A stretch of DNA of 64,000 nucleotides from Paraspadella gotoi (GCA_051294375.1 CM119269.1:3974302-4038301); one strand, 5' to 3'. Positions 13,174 through 26,200 are shown, counted from the first letter of the stretch. Made by a program: numbers and translations. Notes: generated from the letters alone by a model not told the origin.

Positions 13174-16100
13174 TTATGATGTATGACCAAATTTCAAATT
13201 ATTAAGTTGAGCCTCAACTACTTCTATACAAGAGTGAAGAAAATCCAGACGTTGTAATAACCTATAATCAAATATATTATTTTGGATCAAATTGCAGAGT
13301 TCGTATTTCAGATTTGCATACCTTTCATCTTGAAGGTTCTCTCTCATAGATATTATCGTTATTTTCATAGCTTTGATGGGTTCAAACTGAAAAACAAGAT
13401 CATGAATTAATAATTTGTATATACATTTATACGTTTATAGAACATATATTACCTCTAATTCGGTATCAACATTTCCACCATAAGGTAAAACATCAGTTTC
13501 TTGTCGCGGTAAAGCTGTTCCTCCGGTTGCTGACTCAGGTTGTATGAAAGTCCCCACAGCACCCTGTACTTCACTCTCCAACCTCAGTTTTTTAAATTCA
13601 AGGGAGAGGCGTCTCATTTCTTGTTTTATATCGACAGAATGTCTATTTAAACTCGACACTTTATTTTTATTTATTTCGCCTAATAGTTCTAAGCGTTTCT
13701 GTGGCTCGGTAAGGTTTTTGGTAATCGAATCAGTGTCCTTTTCGTTTTTAAGAGTGTTATCTTTTTTTTCCTGTTCCACTTCTGTTAAAAAATATTCTTG
13801 TTTCTCAGAAGGTAAATCTTTTTCAAGGGAACTCATCAAATGAGTCTCAGATTGATCGCAAATTATTTGAGTAAGTCCTTGATCAATTCTTTCCCGCAAA
13901 AGTGCAGCTTCCTGTTCCACCGGCCCACGAGTCCCTCCATAATGAAACATTTCAAATCCATTTTCTCGTTCAAAAATTCGGACAGCTTCCTGTTCCTCTG
14001 CAGACTCCTTAATATTATCTATTTTTTTAATCAATTCATTTGTTTCAACTGATTCTGATCTCATCAAATTTGATTTCAGCTTGCTTACAGAAGGTACGTG
14101 ATTTTGTATTGATTCTTTAGCAATGACCTCCCATTCATCATGCGATATAGAACTATGAGGAAAAGTGCTATCCTCGTGCTCTAGTAAAAGTTTTGATATT
14201 TCATGTTCCAAAATTTCTATGCAGTCTAGTTTTGTTTGAATTCTCGATTCGCAAGTCTTATTTGAGAGCGCACAATCTTTACTATTTTTATCCAAATTCT
14301 TTTTATAATCAAGTATTTGTTCCTCAAGCAGTCTACTTTGACTATTAAGTAATTGTACTTCTTCATATAACTTTTCAAGGAATTCAATTTTTCCTACTAT
14401 TTTTTCCAGATTCTGCATAGTTTTGTCTGAAACCAAATTTTTTTTAATTTCTACATTAGGCAACACGTATTTTTGATGAGGAGACATATTCTGCGAATAC
14501 TTAGTTTCCAAATCTTTAATTTTTTTTATCAAATCATTAACTGAATCAGTCCTAATCCCTATTTCTTTCTTAACATCCATTATAATTGCCAGTCGACCTT
14601 CAATGTCCATTAAAGCTTCTAAAAAATTATTAGAGATAGTTTTTGTAGAATTTTTAAAACATGTTTCATTAATTTGTAAAATTTTTATGTTAGAGGTTCC
14701 GGTTAAATATTTTTCAAAATTGCTTACTCTGTAAAGTAAGCTATTTGATTGCTCCAGGGCTAATGTCATAGAAAGTTCCAAATCATCTAAAATTATTAAT
14801 TGACTAAAAATTTTTTCTAAATTGGTGAAAATTAATTGTTTGTTCTTATCAAAATTTTGTTCTTTATCTTTCTGTTTTATCTCACTTCTTTCAGGAATCA
14901 AAGATAGCTGAGCATTCAATTTTTCACACCTCGATATTTGGTGTTCAGTATCGATATCTAAAAATTCCAAAAGATCAAGATGTTTTTCCATGTTTGCCAA
15001 CTCTTTAAGAAAATCTTGCCAATCTTTAGGCGGAATCCTTTCACTCTTTTCTTTAAGTTGAGATGGCTGATTTAAATTATCCTTTCTTTCTTTATTTTCG
15101 TTTTTTTCACCTTTTTCCTTGACAACGTTTTTAATGACTTGGTCTAAATTTTCAGTTGTAATGTTAAACTGTTGATCGATATCTACCAGAGAATTTAATT
15201 TTTTTATTATTTCTGACAGCTTTGAAGTTACTTGCTTAATGAAGGTAGAATCCTGGCCAGAACTTTTGTCAGAAACTAATTCAAGGTTTTTTTGTTTCTG
15301 AGAAATTTTATTTTTAAAACTATCGACTTTTTTTAAACTTTGTAAAAGTTCTTCGGCATGAGCAATTTCATAATCTGTGTTTAATTTTAAAATGTTTGTA
15401 TCAACCAGTTTTTTTTCTATATTATTTAAATCTGTTAAAAGATCATTGCAATTGTTTACTGAATTCACAGCTTTAGTCTCGTATTTATCATGTTGAGGAA
15501 TAGATTTTTGTTTATCAATATAATTTTTGATATTTCCAGATCTCATAGTTAGTTCATTTGTAAATGAATCCAGTTGATCCAATCTTAAAGAAATTTTTGA
15601 AAGACTACACAATGTGTTTTGTAGACCCTCGCGAATTGTTTTAACTGATATTGTAGGATCTTCAACTAATTCAGTATTTTTTACCATTTTTTTTATATCA
15701 TTACTCAAGACATCTAGTTTCTTTATCAAAATGTCAACTTGATATGATGCATTAGTATATTTAGTTTCAATATCATTAAGGATTTCCAACTTCTGCTCCA
15801 TCTGTGCTAATGAATTAGTGAATTCTGTAAGTTGAGTTTTATCAGAAATTTTGTTTTCATCGATCTCTTTATGTTTTTTAGAACTAATTTGTCCAACAGC
15901 CTTAAGCATTGCCTCAACTTGGAATACTGCAATCCTATTACTTTTTTCTAATTCATCCATATATTTTATTTTGCTAAGAATTTTAATAAGCTCATTTTTT
16001 AGTTCATTCAAATTAGTTTTTTCATCTGAAGAATAAGTGGAAGTTGGATATTCTTGTATTTCCTCTTGTATTTTATTTAGTTTTTGTATATTTGATAACA

Positions 16101-19100
16101 TTATCTCGACTTGACATGATGCAAGATTTGTACTGATTTCTAAATTTTTCAGAGCATCAGTCTTGATGCATGAATTATCTCCAATCGATAGGATTTGTTC
16201 CTTTAAACTTTGTTGGTATATATTATTCACCTGAGAACATAGATTTTCTATTCTTTGAGCAGCAAGAATTGTACTTTGTTCAATATTTTCAAGAACATCT
16301 GTTGAATTTTCAATCTTATGAAGTAAATTTGTTACTTTAGTAAGTTCTTTCATGTCTAAGTTTGATACTTCATCCATCATAATTACTGTATCTTGTATAA
16401 TGTTTATTTGCGTCATCAATTCCATCTAAACAATGATAAAAAATGTTAATGTTTGTGAAAACAACGTGCTTCCTTGAGATAAATTACACAAATGATAAAT
16501 AATTTATAACTAAGTCAAAGTTTAGTTTTATTGATTTAATTATATACAAATTACCAGAAAAATTATTTTCAACTCAATTGATAAATATACACACAAAGAG
16601 AATTTCCTTATTTCATCTTGGAAACTGAATAGGTTGCCTAACATTTGATAAACTTTTGAATCCTTTAATATAAAATTCTTGGGAAAAAAATAATATATCT
16701 GAAAAATTTAACTCTTTGTTTAGTAACATGAGATTAACAACAGATTTGAGAACAATCATTTATCATATTACAATAAAAAATTTTTGGGAGTATTATTATT
16801 ATTAAGCCATACTTTAGCAATAAATATTAATTTACACAAAGAAATTCGATTTTATCCTTAAAAATTTTATTTTAAAGAAAAGGGTTTTCCTATACCTATT
16901 TTCTTTTCTTCCTTATTCTGGTATTTCCAATCAAAATTCGATAAAACTAGGCACATTTGAATAAAAAATTATCATTTTTATCTAAATAGAGTGACTGTGA
17001 GAGAATAAATAGTTTTAAGATTTAGCTTATAGAAAAGTGCATGGAAGCATTTAAAAACATAGTTTATTATTATAGAAAGTTTAAAAGTTGTTTTAATTTT
17101 TTATTTTTAATAGATTCAGATAGAGCTTTGAAAATAAGTTAAAGGTTATTATATTAACTTTTTAAATTTTTTTGTTTTATTAATAAAAATTTTTAAAAAA
17201 CCATTAAATTGAGTCAATGATGATGATGATGATGATCTTTTATTATATATTAATAAATATTGAAAAGCTTCAGTGTAACAACCCAATGAACTAATTAAAA
17301 ATGTTGCATTGAAAATCAGTTTAATAGTAAGTAAAAGGGAAAAAAAAATTTTTTGAGAGAACTAGATGTAATAAAAAGTATTCAATTTTGGCCCGCCTTA
17401 ATAAATATACATTATTTTTTACGGTCTTTAATTTAAATGCTACAATATTGACTGAAATTTTAAAAAACTTTGGCGACTTAATAATTTTCAAGGATGATAG
17501 TTAACGTAAAGTTAATTATACAAACAAAAAATTGAAGAAAAAGACAGACCAACAAAGTGAATTCAACAATTGTGACTGAAGAAATAAATAGAAGACACTG
17601 TAAAGAAAAAAGTCTTGTAATTTATCGTAAACTAGGGTTTTTTTACCTGATGCATTAAAGATAAGTTGTGCTGATGATTCATTTCATGTTCTTGTTGTTT
17701 TTCCTGCATAACCATTTCTTGCTCTTGTTCATGATAAAACTCATCTATCTGTTGTTGATCTTGTATAACTTCAATTTCTTCCATTAACCTAAGTTATTAA
17801 TTTAAATTATTGTCATGTTTTTGTGCAATAAATTATAAAGAATTAGTTCAGTAAAACAAACTTTCCTTATTTGTTTGATTAGTTCCCGTTGTCTTTCTTT
17901 TTCTTTTAAATGCAGAATTTCTTTCATGTTAATTTCTTCCTCAATTTCTTGCTCATGTTTTAACTGATCTTGAACCATCTCCTTCATTTGTAGAATCTGC
18001 AGGATAAATAAAATAAGGATTAGGATTAACTATGTAGCAAATAGTGAAAAATAAGAGGGTGGGGAAGAAAGGGAAGAAAGAAAAAGAGTATATTTAAACT
18101 GTTTATACTATTCGTATAAAGGGCGAGGGGGCTAGCTCATTTGAGCTTCTTTCTGTTACTTTCTTTTCTTTAATGTAATTTCCTTTCACCACTACTTTTT
18201 TATTTTCATTAATTTATTATTGTTACATTTGTTTACATTTTACAAATTTCAATTGGCACTTTTTTCTTTGATGCCCCCTTGCTGCGGCTCCTGAAGCAGC
18301 GAACTAAAGCACACGCACAAAGCTTGTCTCTTTTGCTGCTTCCATCGTCGCCTTATGCGTCACTCCTTTCGTCGTCGCTCTCACGTCGCAACTGCTTCCT
18401 CCATCGTTCAAATTATTGTCATCGTTTCTGTCGATCTCGATCCCGACCGATGAGTCAGCCAGCAAGCGAGAATTTTTTTGTTGTAAAAGTAGTGTAGGGA
18501 AAGACAACCCTAATACTAATACATCCAGAGAGAGAGAGAGAGAGCAAGAGAGATTCGCTGCTCTGTCAGACGGCAAGGGGGCATCGAAGAGCATTTCGCC
18601 CAAAATGGTTTAATTTTAAATTTTAAATTAATTAATTTTAAATTTTAGTTTAAATTAATTAACACTGATGAAGGTCTGAAATTTAAGACCGAATCATGTA
18701 TGTGATTTTTCATTAAAAATTTTTTGTCAAAACAAAGAAAACTTTTCTTATCTCAAACTATTTATACTATAAATATGTACTTCCAAAAATATTTTTAACT
18801 GTAGAATGAGATTAAACAATTAGTTCTAATCAAACTGCGTGGAGAAAACCGAGCAGTTGTTTTGATGCATCAAAAAAGCATTATATTAAAGAATTTCAAA
18901 AAGATTAATACGTCGTCTAAAAGCTAAGAGAGAATATTATACAAATATTTATTCAAATTTTAAAAATCATTAAGAGTTTTAGAGTAATGATTTTTTAAAT
19001 TTCGTCTCGGTATATGGTCCCACCCCTGTATATATAGGTCCTTATGACTTTTATTCAGAATAACTAGCTTTTCTAAGTTTGATCAAGCACTATTATTTAT

Positions 19101-21214
19101 AAAAAAATTATATTGGCATATAAAAAAAATTAAAAAAATATAAACATTTTGAGCTAGGTATGATTAGAAGGCAGCTGAGGAAAAGAACCAAATAAATAAA
19201 ACTTTTTAAATTGGAAGATGACTATGTCACTCTAATCCTTAACCCTAATCCCTGAATTTTTAAGACTAACTCTAATCTTTGAACTTTTAAGAGTAACTCT
19301 AATCCCTAACCCTATTTCAGAATATCTCTTAAGTTTATTTTAACCATATGAAATGTGTTGCCTCAATAGGATTTTCTTATGATTTCATAATCAATAACTC
19401 GTCAATAAATAAATAAGTTAGTAAAATATTTTTACCTGGCACATCATCTCAGCTTGATGATTTAATTGAACTTCATGTTCTGCCTCAAGCTGTTGCATTT
19501 TTTCTTCAAAAATTTTATCATCATCAATTTGTAAAGGAAGGTTTTCTTTCATAAATAAAATTTTTTTTTCTAATTGTTTCTGTTGCATTATTCTTTTATT
19601 GCTTTCCTGTTGTAGTTCAGTGACTTTTTCGATAACCTGAAAGAAAACATAGAAAGCATTTAAAATTATTTAAATTAAAAATTCTCCATAAAATTTAATA
19701 ACGAGATCCAGTCTTCCACTAAACCAAGCCCCATTCAATGGGGTGAGTCAGATATGTAGAGTGAGTACAATTTTGTTTTTAGCAATTACTGGTACTTTTT
19801 AAGAAGATTTCTTGAATTTTAACCCGTATATACTAAAATACTTTCTTACCTTAGTATCATTTTTGATTAATTGCTGTTTTAATACTTCAACTTCAGCCAA
19901 CATAGCAATTTGGGTTTCCATCTGAAATTTGAATAAAGTTTAGCCATTACCTATAAATTATTAGTAAATTAGACGTGTTTAGGATAGAAGCAGAAAATTT
20001 GAAAACCTGTTATTTGTTTACAAAGAACAATTTTTGTGTTTTATGTTTTATACTTAAAAAATTGTTAACATATTGTTTATAAAAAAAAATTCCCAATATT
20101 TCTGCTTCTGTGAGTATATTAGTATAAAAATCATTGTTAAATTTGAATTAAAAAATTAAAATTTATTATTTTTTATATGCAAATAAAAATTATTTCTTAA
20201 TATTATATTAATTCTTAGTTAATAATTAATAAGTTACCTGTAAAGCATTATCTTTTTCAACTCTTAGAAATCTGCTTTTTATTTTTCGGTGATAATAAAT
20301 ATTTGTATCTTGAAGATGAAATATATCATTCATAATCTCAACCTCTTTGATTATTTGATCTTGTTGCACTGTTAAAAGAAGTTTTGTTTAAAAAAAATTT
20401 AAATATTGAAAAAAATTTTTTTAAGAATAAATAGATTTTTAATTTTACTTTAAAGAATGACTAATTGAATCATAATTACCTTCGTGATATAAGAGTTGAA
20501 ATTCAAAATGATTAAACTGTTCAGTCTTTACTTCATCTAACATTTGAAATAGATTGGTAAACGCCTCTTTATGTTCTTTAATTTGTTTTGAAATAAGATT
20601 TTGCTTGTTGTATTCTTCTGTTAAATAATTTTGCAACCATTTTGTAAAACTAATCAGTTCCTGATTAATGACTTCAAGAGTTGAAAAAATTTCTTGTAGA
20701 CTTTTGATGTTAGTGATTAATGATAATTGCTGTTGGAGAAGTTTATCAAACCGAGTATTAAATTTGGAAATTTCTGAAGATTCATTATTCACAGATATGG
20801 TTGGTATCATACTTTTTTTCCATCCAATAAATTCTGTTTGACTATCTAAATAGGTTTTTCTATGATTAATAATAAAAGCATGAAACCTCAGCAGATTTTT
20901 AAAAGCATTCTTATCTAGTAAGGTTGAATCATATTCATTTAAAGCTAAATGGAGAGCATTATTTTCTTTTTTTAGTAAAATGAATTGAGAAATATTCGTA
21001 TTTCGTAAATCAATTAACTTTGTCAAAGCATCAAAAGAAAAAATAGGATCAGGAAATATAGTATGCAAATTCTCGAGTTCATTCATTAAAAGTATATGAA
21101 AGTTTAAGAACAGTTTAAATTCATTTTTTAAAAAGTGTATTAAAGTCTCTACTGTTAAATTCTCATACTGCTTTTCATGTTTTGTATCCATCTGGAAAAA
21201 CTTTTTCATTTCAT
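13174..21214 (-). CDS. Large coiled-coil repeat protein, 3' portion (5' part cut by N gap)
   Basis: Exons with GT-AG ends: <=21214-20449, 20368-20238, 19921-19850, 19636-19436, 17996-~17862, 17788-17647, 16425-13453 (2.97 kb), 13386-13174 (TAA). E/K/Q/L-rich heptads with a recurring L..IE..LD.L..LE......Q...L module. One junction (~17862/17788) does not phase cleanly. Confidence 0.8.
18265..18590. repeat. Inverted-repeat-bounded segment (MITE-like)
   Basis: gatgcccccttgc (18270-18282) / gcaagggggcatc (18573-18585) and agcagcgaa / ttcgctgct arms. Confidence 0.6.
18658..18707 (+). ncRNA. Minimal type-I hammerhead ribozyme (Penelope-like), core variant GAAT
   Basis: aca-CTGATGA-a-GGTCT-gaaattta-AGACC-GAA(t)CATGT-A-tgt: intact CUGANGA, 5-bp stem II, palindromic stem III, GUA cleavage triplet, short stem I. 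Confidence 0.75.
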
Positions 21215-21224
21215 NNNNNNNNNN

Positions 21225-22604
21225 CGTGTCGAAATGTGTTCTCGCCACGGAAAATGATTGGCAAATCGTGATAGCACTTTTTTGTTTTTCTTACGTGTGC
21301 TAGTGTTTGTTTGCACCGTGCAGTCATTAACAATTCCCCTCGGATCACGGCGACCAAGCCTCTTTTTATGAAGGCCGTCGATGTGGGGTTTCTGTGAGCG
21401 ATTTCAGCTGCTTTCCTTGCCTCTGCGACCTTAAGATCACAGATTTCCCTGCGGAGAGCCTTGGTGAGGGAACCCAGGTTCTCCTGATTTTCCTGGGCCA
21501 GTTTTGATCCTCTTTCTCTTAAGGCGAGAATAAGTTTGTCGTCCTTTGTTAGGTCTTTGGTTATCTGCTCAGTGAAATAAAAATGTGCAGAACTTGTGGC
21601 CTCAACTTCGATGCCGCAGTCTGGTATTTCCTCTTGCTTGTTGGTGAGACGCAAGGTGAATAATACCTTTTGATCTGCTTCACAGATCGGGGCACATCGT
21701 TCGTAATTGTCCATTGTTTTCGAACGGACGAAGTTGCTGAGGCAGTCTTTCCAGCATGATGTATGAGTCTTCTTTAGCGCCATGCTTTCGCTGCAAGGCG
21801 TCTTGCCGTCTCTGAGCATGCAATCCTCCAAAGCTGCTTCTTTGTCTCTTTTGGTGAGAGATCTTATAATTCCGTCTGTGCTCTTCATGATTGGTCCTGT
21901 GTAAGCCTGATGTGCTCGGCATGATGGTTCCTGCCAGGCAAGGACGCCGCCTGGGTAGTGGCATCTTTGGGCAGCTTTGCTGCATTCAGTTTGCCTTGGC
22001 AGGTTGGTGAGATCATCCAGTTTCACCTTTTGCTCGTAAAGGGTGACATTGACCAGCAGCGTCGCCCTCTCGCCATCATAGGTATAGTCGTGGAAGATGA
22101 GTTTTTCGCCGGTGCAGTATCCATCGGCGTCCGTCGTCCCAATGTCAATTTTGACTTGGTGATGGCCGACTTTGCCGCCTGATAGTGACAATGGCATCAT
22201 CAGTCCTGTTCCATCTGCTGTTCTGACTGGGATGTTGCTGAGCCTCACTTTTTCGCCTTTGTGGAGCGCCAGGCATTGGGTTCTGGTGAGGGAGTAATGG
22301 TCCACCGTCTTCAATTTGGATATTGGATGGACCACCATCCACACAAGCTGCCTTCGGCCATGATGGTTAGGTCACAGCCCTTGGCGTCATGCTCGTCCTT
22401 GTCCGGGATAAAGACCAATTCGCCACGTACAATCTTCTCGGAGATTTGTTTTGGCGAGTCACAGTGATGAGGATCTAGTAGTGTGGTGGAGTGGTTTGTT
22501 GTTTGATTGCAATTGAAGACATGAACGACTTCAAGTGCATCGCCGATGATTGTGCCGATCATGAAGGCCATGATTAGTTTCGTGGGCTTGAAAACCTTTT
22601 CCAT
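21225..22604 (-). CDS. env: Envelope glycoprotein, chuvirus-G / herpes-gB-like (class III type); one frameshift near 22330; C-terminus lost in gap
   Basis: Hydrophobic leader then VFNC...C...C; restoring one base gives SLCGWWSHP (cf. chuviral CGxxSH); TQCLALH; GTTDADGYCTG; C..(6)C...GVLAW...C...YTG; LRREIC; G.VAVIRGELL...C......R....CYHDLPI...F. Confidence 0.8.
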
Positions 22605-22628
22605 CTTTCTTGACGATCTTTTTGAGAC

Positions 22629-22805
22629 TTAGTCTTAAAAAAGACTGTTTTGGTTGAGTTTCGATCTTTCTAGAATATTTAGTCTTGAAAAAGACTGTTT
22701 TGGTTGAGTTTCGATCTTTCTAGAATATTTAGTCTTGAAAAAGACTGTTTTGGTTGAGTTTGGATCTTTCTAGAGTATTTAGTCTTGAAAAAGACTGTTT
22801 TGGTT
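22629..22805. repeat. 50-bp tandem repeat (3.5 copies) in the pol-env spacer
   Basis: Unit ttagtcttgaaaaagactgttttggttgagtttcgatctttctagaatat starting at 22629, 22679, 22729, 22779. Confidence 0.95.
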
Positions 22806-23231
22806 TTATATATTGGCAAGATAACTTGGGCCGGGTGAGGCGAGGTGAGTTGTCTCGGACTTGGTATGGTTTATCTCTCCTTTCCGAGTTCCTTTTATTC
22901 CGTTTCTTCGATCCCGGCGGGAAAGAGGAGGAGGAGGAGGAGGAGCTCGGCGGCTTCGTCGATGCCTTTTCTTTTCTCGGTGGCTTCGTCGTCGTTGTCA
23001 TCGTTGTTTCCACCGCAGCTGGTTCTGTTGTTATTTTTGTCTCGCGTTTGGCTTGTTATCTTGACGCTGGCGTCGTTTTTGATGTCGTTGGTGTTATTCC
23101 ACAGCTGTGCCTCTTTTCTTTTGTTTTTTTTTTTTTTTTGTTTTTGTTCTTTTTTTTTTTTTTTCTACGTCTCTTCTTTGTTTAGCTACGTCTTTGTCTA
23201 TGTCTTGTATTTGAGGTCCCGGGTTTGTCTT

Positions 23232-26200
23232 TCAGTTTTTGGCCGCGTGGAGTTTGAGTCTTCTCCTGTGGTATTTGAGACTTTGGCCATTTATCGAGAT
23301 GACATAATGATTTCCGTCTCTCTCGATTACTTTGTGTGGTCCGGAGTAAATCCTCTTCACCTTGTTTTCAGCTGTTGAGGTTCCAGTGATGATTAGATCG
23401 CGTCTGGCCAAGACCATGTCTCCGACCTTAATGTTTTCTGGCTTCCTGTATGGGTTGTTCCGGGCTGATTGTCTGTATAACTTGGTCCTTTGGTCCGCGA
23501 TTTTTGATCTGGCTTGTTCTTGTTTGTTGGCTCTCTTTCTGATAAAGTCGATCAAGTTCCGTTTGGTGTAGTCGTCCGCGGCTTCAACGATTCTTGGCCT
23601 ATGCCCGAATTGGATTTCGTGTGGGGACATCTCGGTTTTCCAGCCGACTATCGGGGTGGCGTTTAAGAGAAGCATGAGATGTGGCAGCTGGTCAAGCCAT
23701 TTTTTTGGTTGATCCTCGACTGCTTTTCTAAGTGCTTGTCTGATTCTGCCGATGTCCCTTTCAGCCCTATTGCTATCCTTTCTGCCGACCAAGACTCGTC
23801 TTCCAACTGTGTCCAAGAGGTCGAGTATTGATTTCATTGATTTTCCGTTTAGTTGTGTAGCCCCGTCAAAATTTATTTCCATATATGATCCATGATGGAG
23901 GAAAATCTTATCGTCCAGTGCTTTGACGACACTCTCGGCGTCGGCTCGGCGCAAGGGAATAGCCCATGTATATGCTGATGCGTTATCTGACGCCACGAGG
24001 ACGTAGCTGTAGCCTGCAACTGGGGGAAGATGCATCACGTCTATGCTGAGCGATTCCCAGGGCGTGATGGCTAGGTTAGGCGCTGAGGGTGTTTCATTGT
24101 GTCTTTTTGTGTCCGTGGCTTTTGCACAATTTTCGCAATTTCTCACACATTTCGCGGCTGCGCTTGTTAGACCTGGTGATGAGATATATTGTGCTGTAAT
24201 GAACGCCGTGCGGTCTCGACCGGGATGTCCAAAATGCTTATGTAGTTTGGTGGTTATCTCTTCGGCTTTGTTTGGTGGCACGATGAACTTAGTTGTTTGG
24301 TTGTTGTTTTTAAAGCCTTTTATGATTAAAATGCCATCTTCGTTAACATCCAAATCGGCGAGACAGTTTGTGAAGTATCTCTCGGTGAGGTCCTTTCTTT
24401 TTTCCATTTTTCTATTAAGCAATTCTTCCGCAGTTTGTCTGTCGTGTTTTTGCAGGATATCAATGACGGCTTTGAAAAGTTCGTTTTTTTCTTGCCATGA
24501 TTTAATCGTGGCGGCCATTGGAAGCAAATTTGCTTGCTTAATGTGTGGTTGTAATGTTTCCTCTGTTATTTCCGCTTCTGTGGCGTCAATGTCTGCTTCC
24601 ATCGTGCTGTCAATCATTGCTTCCCCATTAGCGCCTGGCCATGCCATGTTAATAATATCTATTGCGTTTGTGTTTGTGTTTGGTGAGCTAGCTTTTGGCG
24701 TTTCCCTTTTGTTAATCTCGTGCTCATTTTCTAGCTTGATATTTATTAAATCATGGGGAAGATGATCAATGTGTCTTGTAGTGGCGGTCGACCGCCTGGG
24801 CCTTCCTCTCCGTTCTGGGGGTTGGAGGTTGGCTACATTGATTGTTTGGATGGAAGGGTCGGCGAGCATGTTCGCGGGGCGTTGGGGTATCTCGTTGCCG
24901 ATTAGGCTGACTTGGCCCGTTATGGTTCTAAATATTTTGATTTTTTTGTCTCCATTCGGGTTTCCATAAACTTTTTCGAATTTACAGCCGGCTTGTTGGG
25001 TAGATTCCTCTTCCATCATGATAATGGTGATGCCCGTCATTTCACTGAGGAGTTCCAGTTCGGGGTGGCCCAGGCTCCAGTCTTTGGCGGCGATAGTTCT
25101 GATAAACGTATCTGCATCTTTAGTCTTTGGTTTTCCGTAGAGTTTTTCAATATTTTGCTTTTTGGCGGAAAACTTTTGGCGTACAAACTCAAAGAATTTT
25201 GATCTGAAGGTCTTGGTGTCTTCTTGTAGTATTTGCGATATGAGGGTTAGTGTTGGGGCGTGCCCAGTGATTAGGTCGAGGTGTTCAGGGCTTGCCTGTT
25301 CTTCGATTGGATTTTCTGCAAATCCAGCCTCATATTTTCCGTCGATATCGAAACCGGCGGGGAAAAAGGGCGTGTCTAGCGGGGTCACTTGCCCTTGTTC
25401 TGTAAATCTTGTCAGGAAATCGGCAGGGTTGTCTTCGCTTTTGACGAGGACTACCTCCTTTGGTTGACATTCCTGCCGGATTTCTGTGATCCATCGTAGG
25501 ACGTTGGTTGGGAGGAGTTGCTGCCTATCGTGTTGCATGTCCATTATCCTTTTGAAATATTGGGAATCTGTGACTAGGGTGACTCTCCTGCCGCATGTAT
25601 ATCCTTTAAACTTCCTAACCATCATGTTGAAGGCTAGAGTTTCTAATACATTTATATGTTTAATCCTGTATTCTTCCGGGAAGGATTTTGAATGAAATGA
25701 TAATGGATATTCGACGCCGTCGGCCGTTGCGGTGATGAGACCACCCATTGCGCTTGTGCTGGCGTCAGCGTATATCCTGTAAGAGCCATGTTTTATCCTG
25801 GCATCGTTTAGAAAATTCAATCCCGGCGACGATTTTATTTCGCTGATTAATGTTTGCAGCATTGCAATGTGTTTCTCGGTCAGTTTGAAATCTTTTTTGT
25901 CCAGGAGGGTGAGTGCGTGGAGGGGCTGGGCAATGTATGAAAAGCGATGCGTAAAACATCTGTAATAATTGAGCGAGGCGAGCATTGCTCTTAGCTCTTT
26001 TTGTGTTTTGAGCGTTTTTAGCTTGACCTCAACTGCTTCGAGTTTTGCTTTTTGTGGCATCAGTTTGCTTTTGGAGATGCTGAATCCTAAGATTTTGATG
26101 TCCTCCTTTCGTAATAGGACACTTTTGGTCCATTTGAGGACGACATTTTCATCTCTGCACCTTTGGAGGAGGTCGCGGAGTCTCTGGGCCATGTCCTCTG

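Larger units (their letters stand above)
18112..18754 (+). mobile_element. TSD-flanked intronic insert with a Penelope-type hammerhead
   Basis: 16-bp direct repeat aaact(g/a)tttatactat at 18096-18111 and 18755-18770; hammerhead near the 3' end. Confidence 0.6.

Noticed and set aside
20445-21248. ORF joining env to the host exon as a fusion gene
   Set aside because: Spans a 10-N gap; composition changes abruptly, so these are separate contigs
22629-22805. CRISPR-like array
   Set aside because: No unique spacers; plain tandem units in eukaryotic retroelement DNA
24043-24765. 240-aa plus-strand ORF and other ORFs antisense to gag/pol
   Set aside because: Shadow frames of the coding strand; no independent motifs
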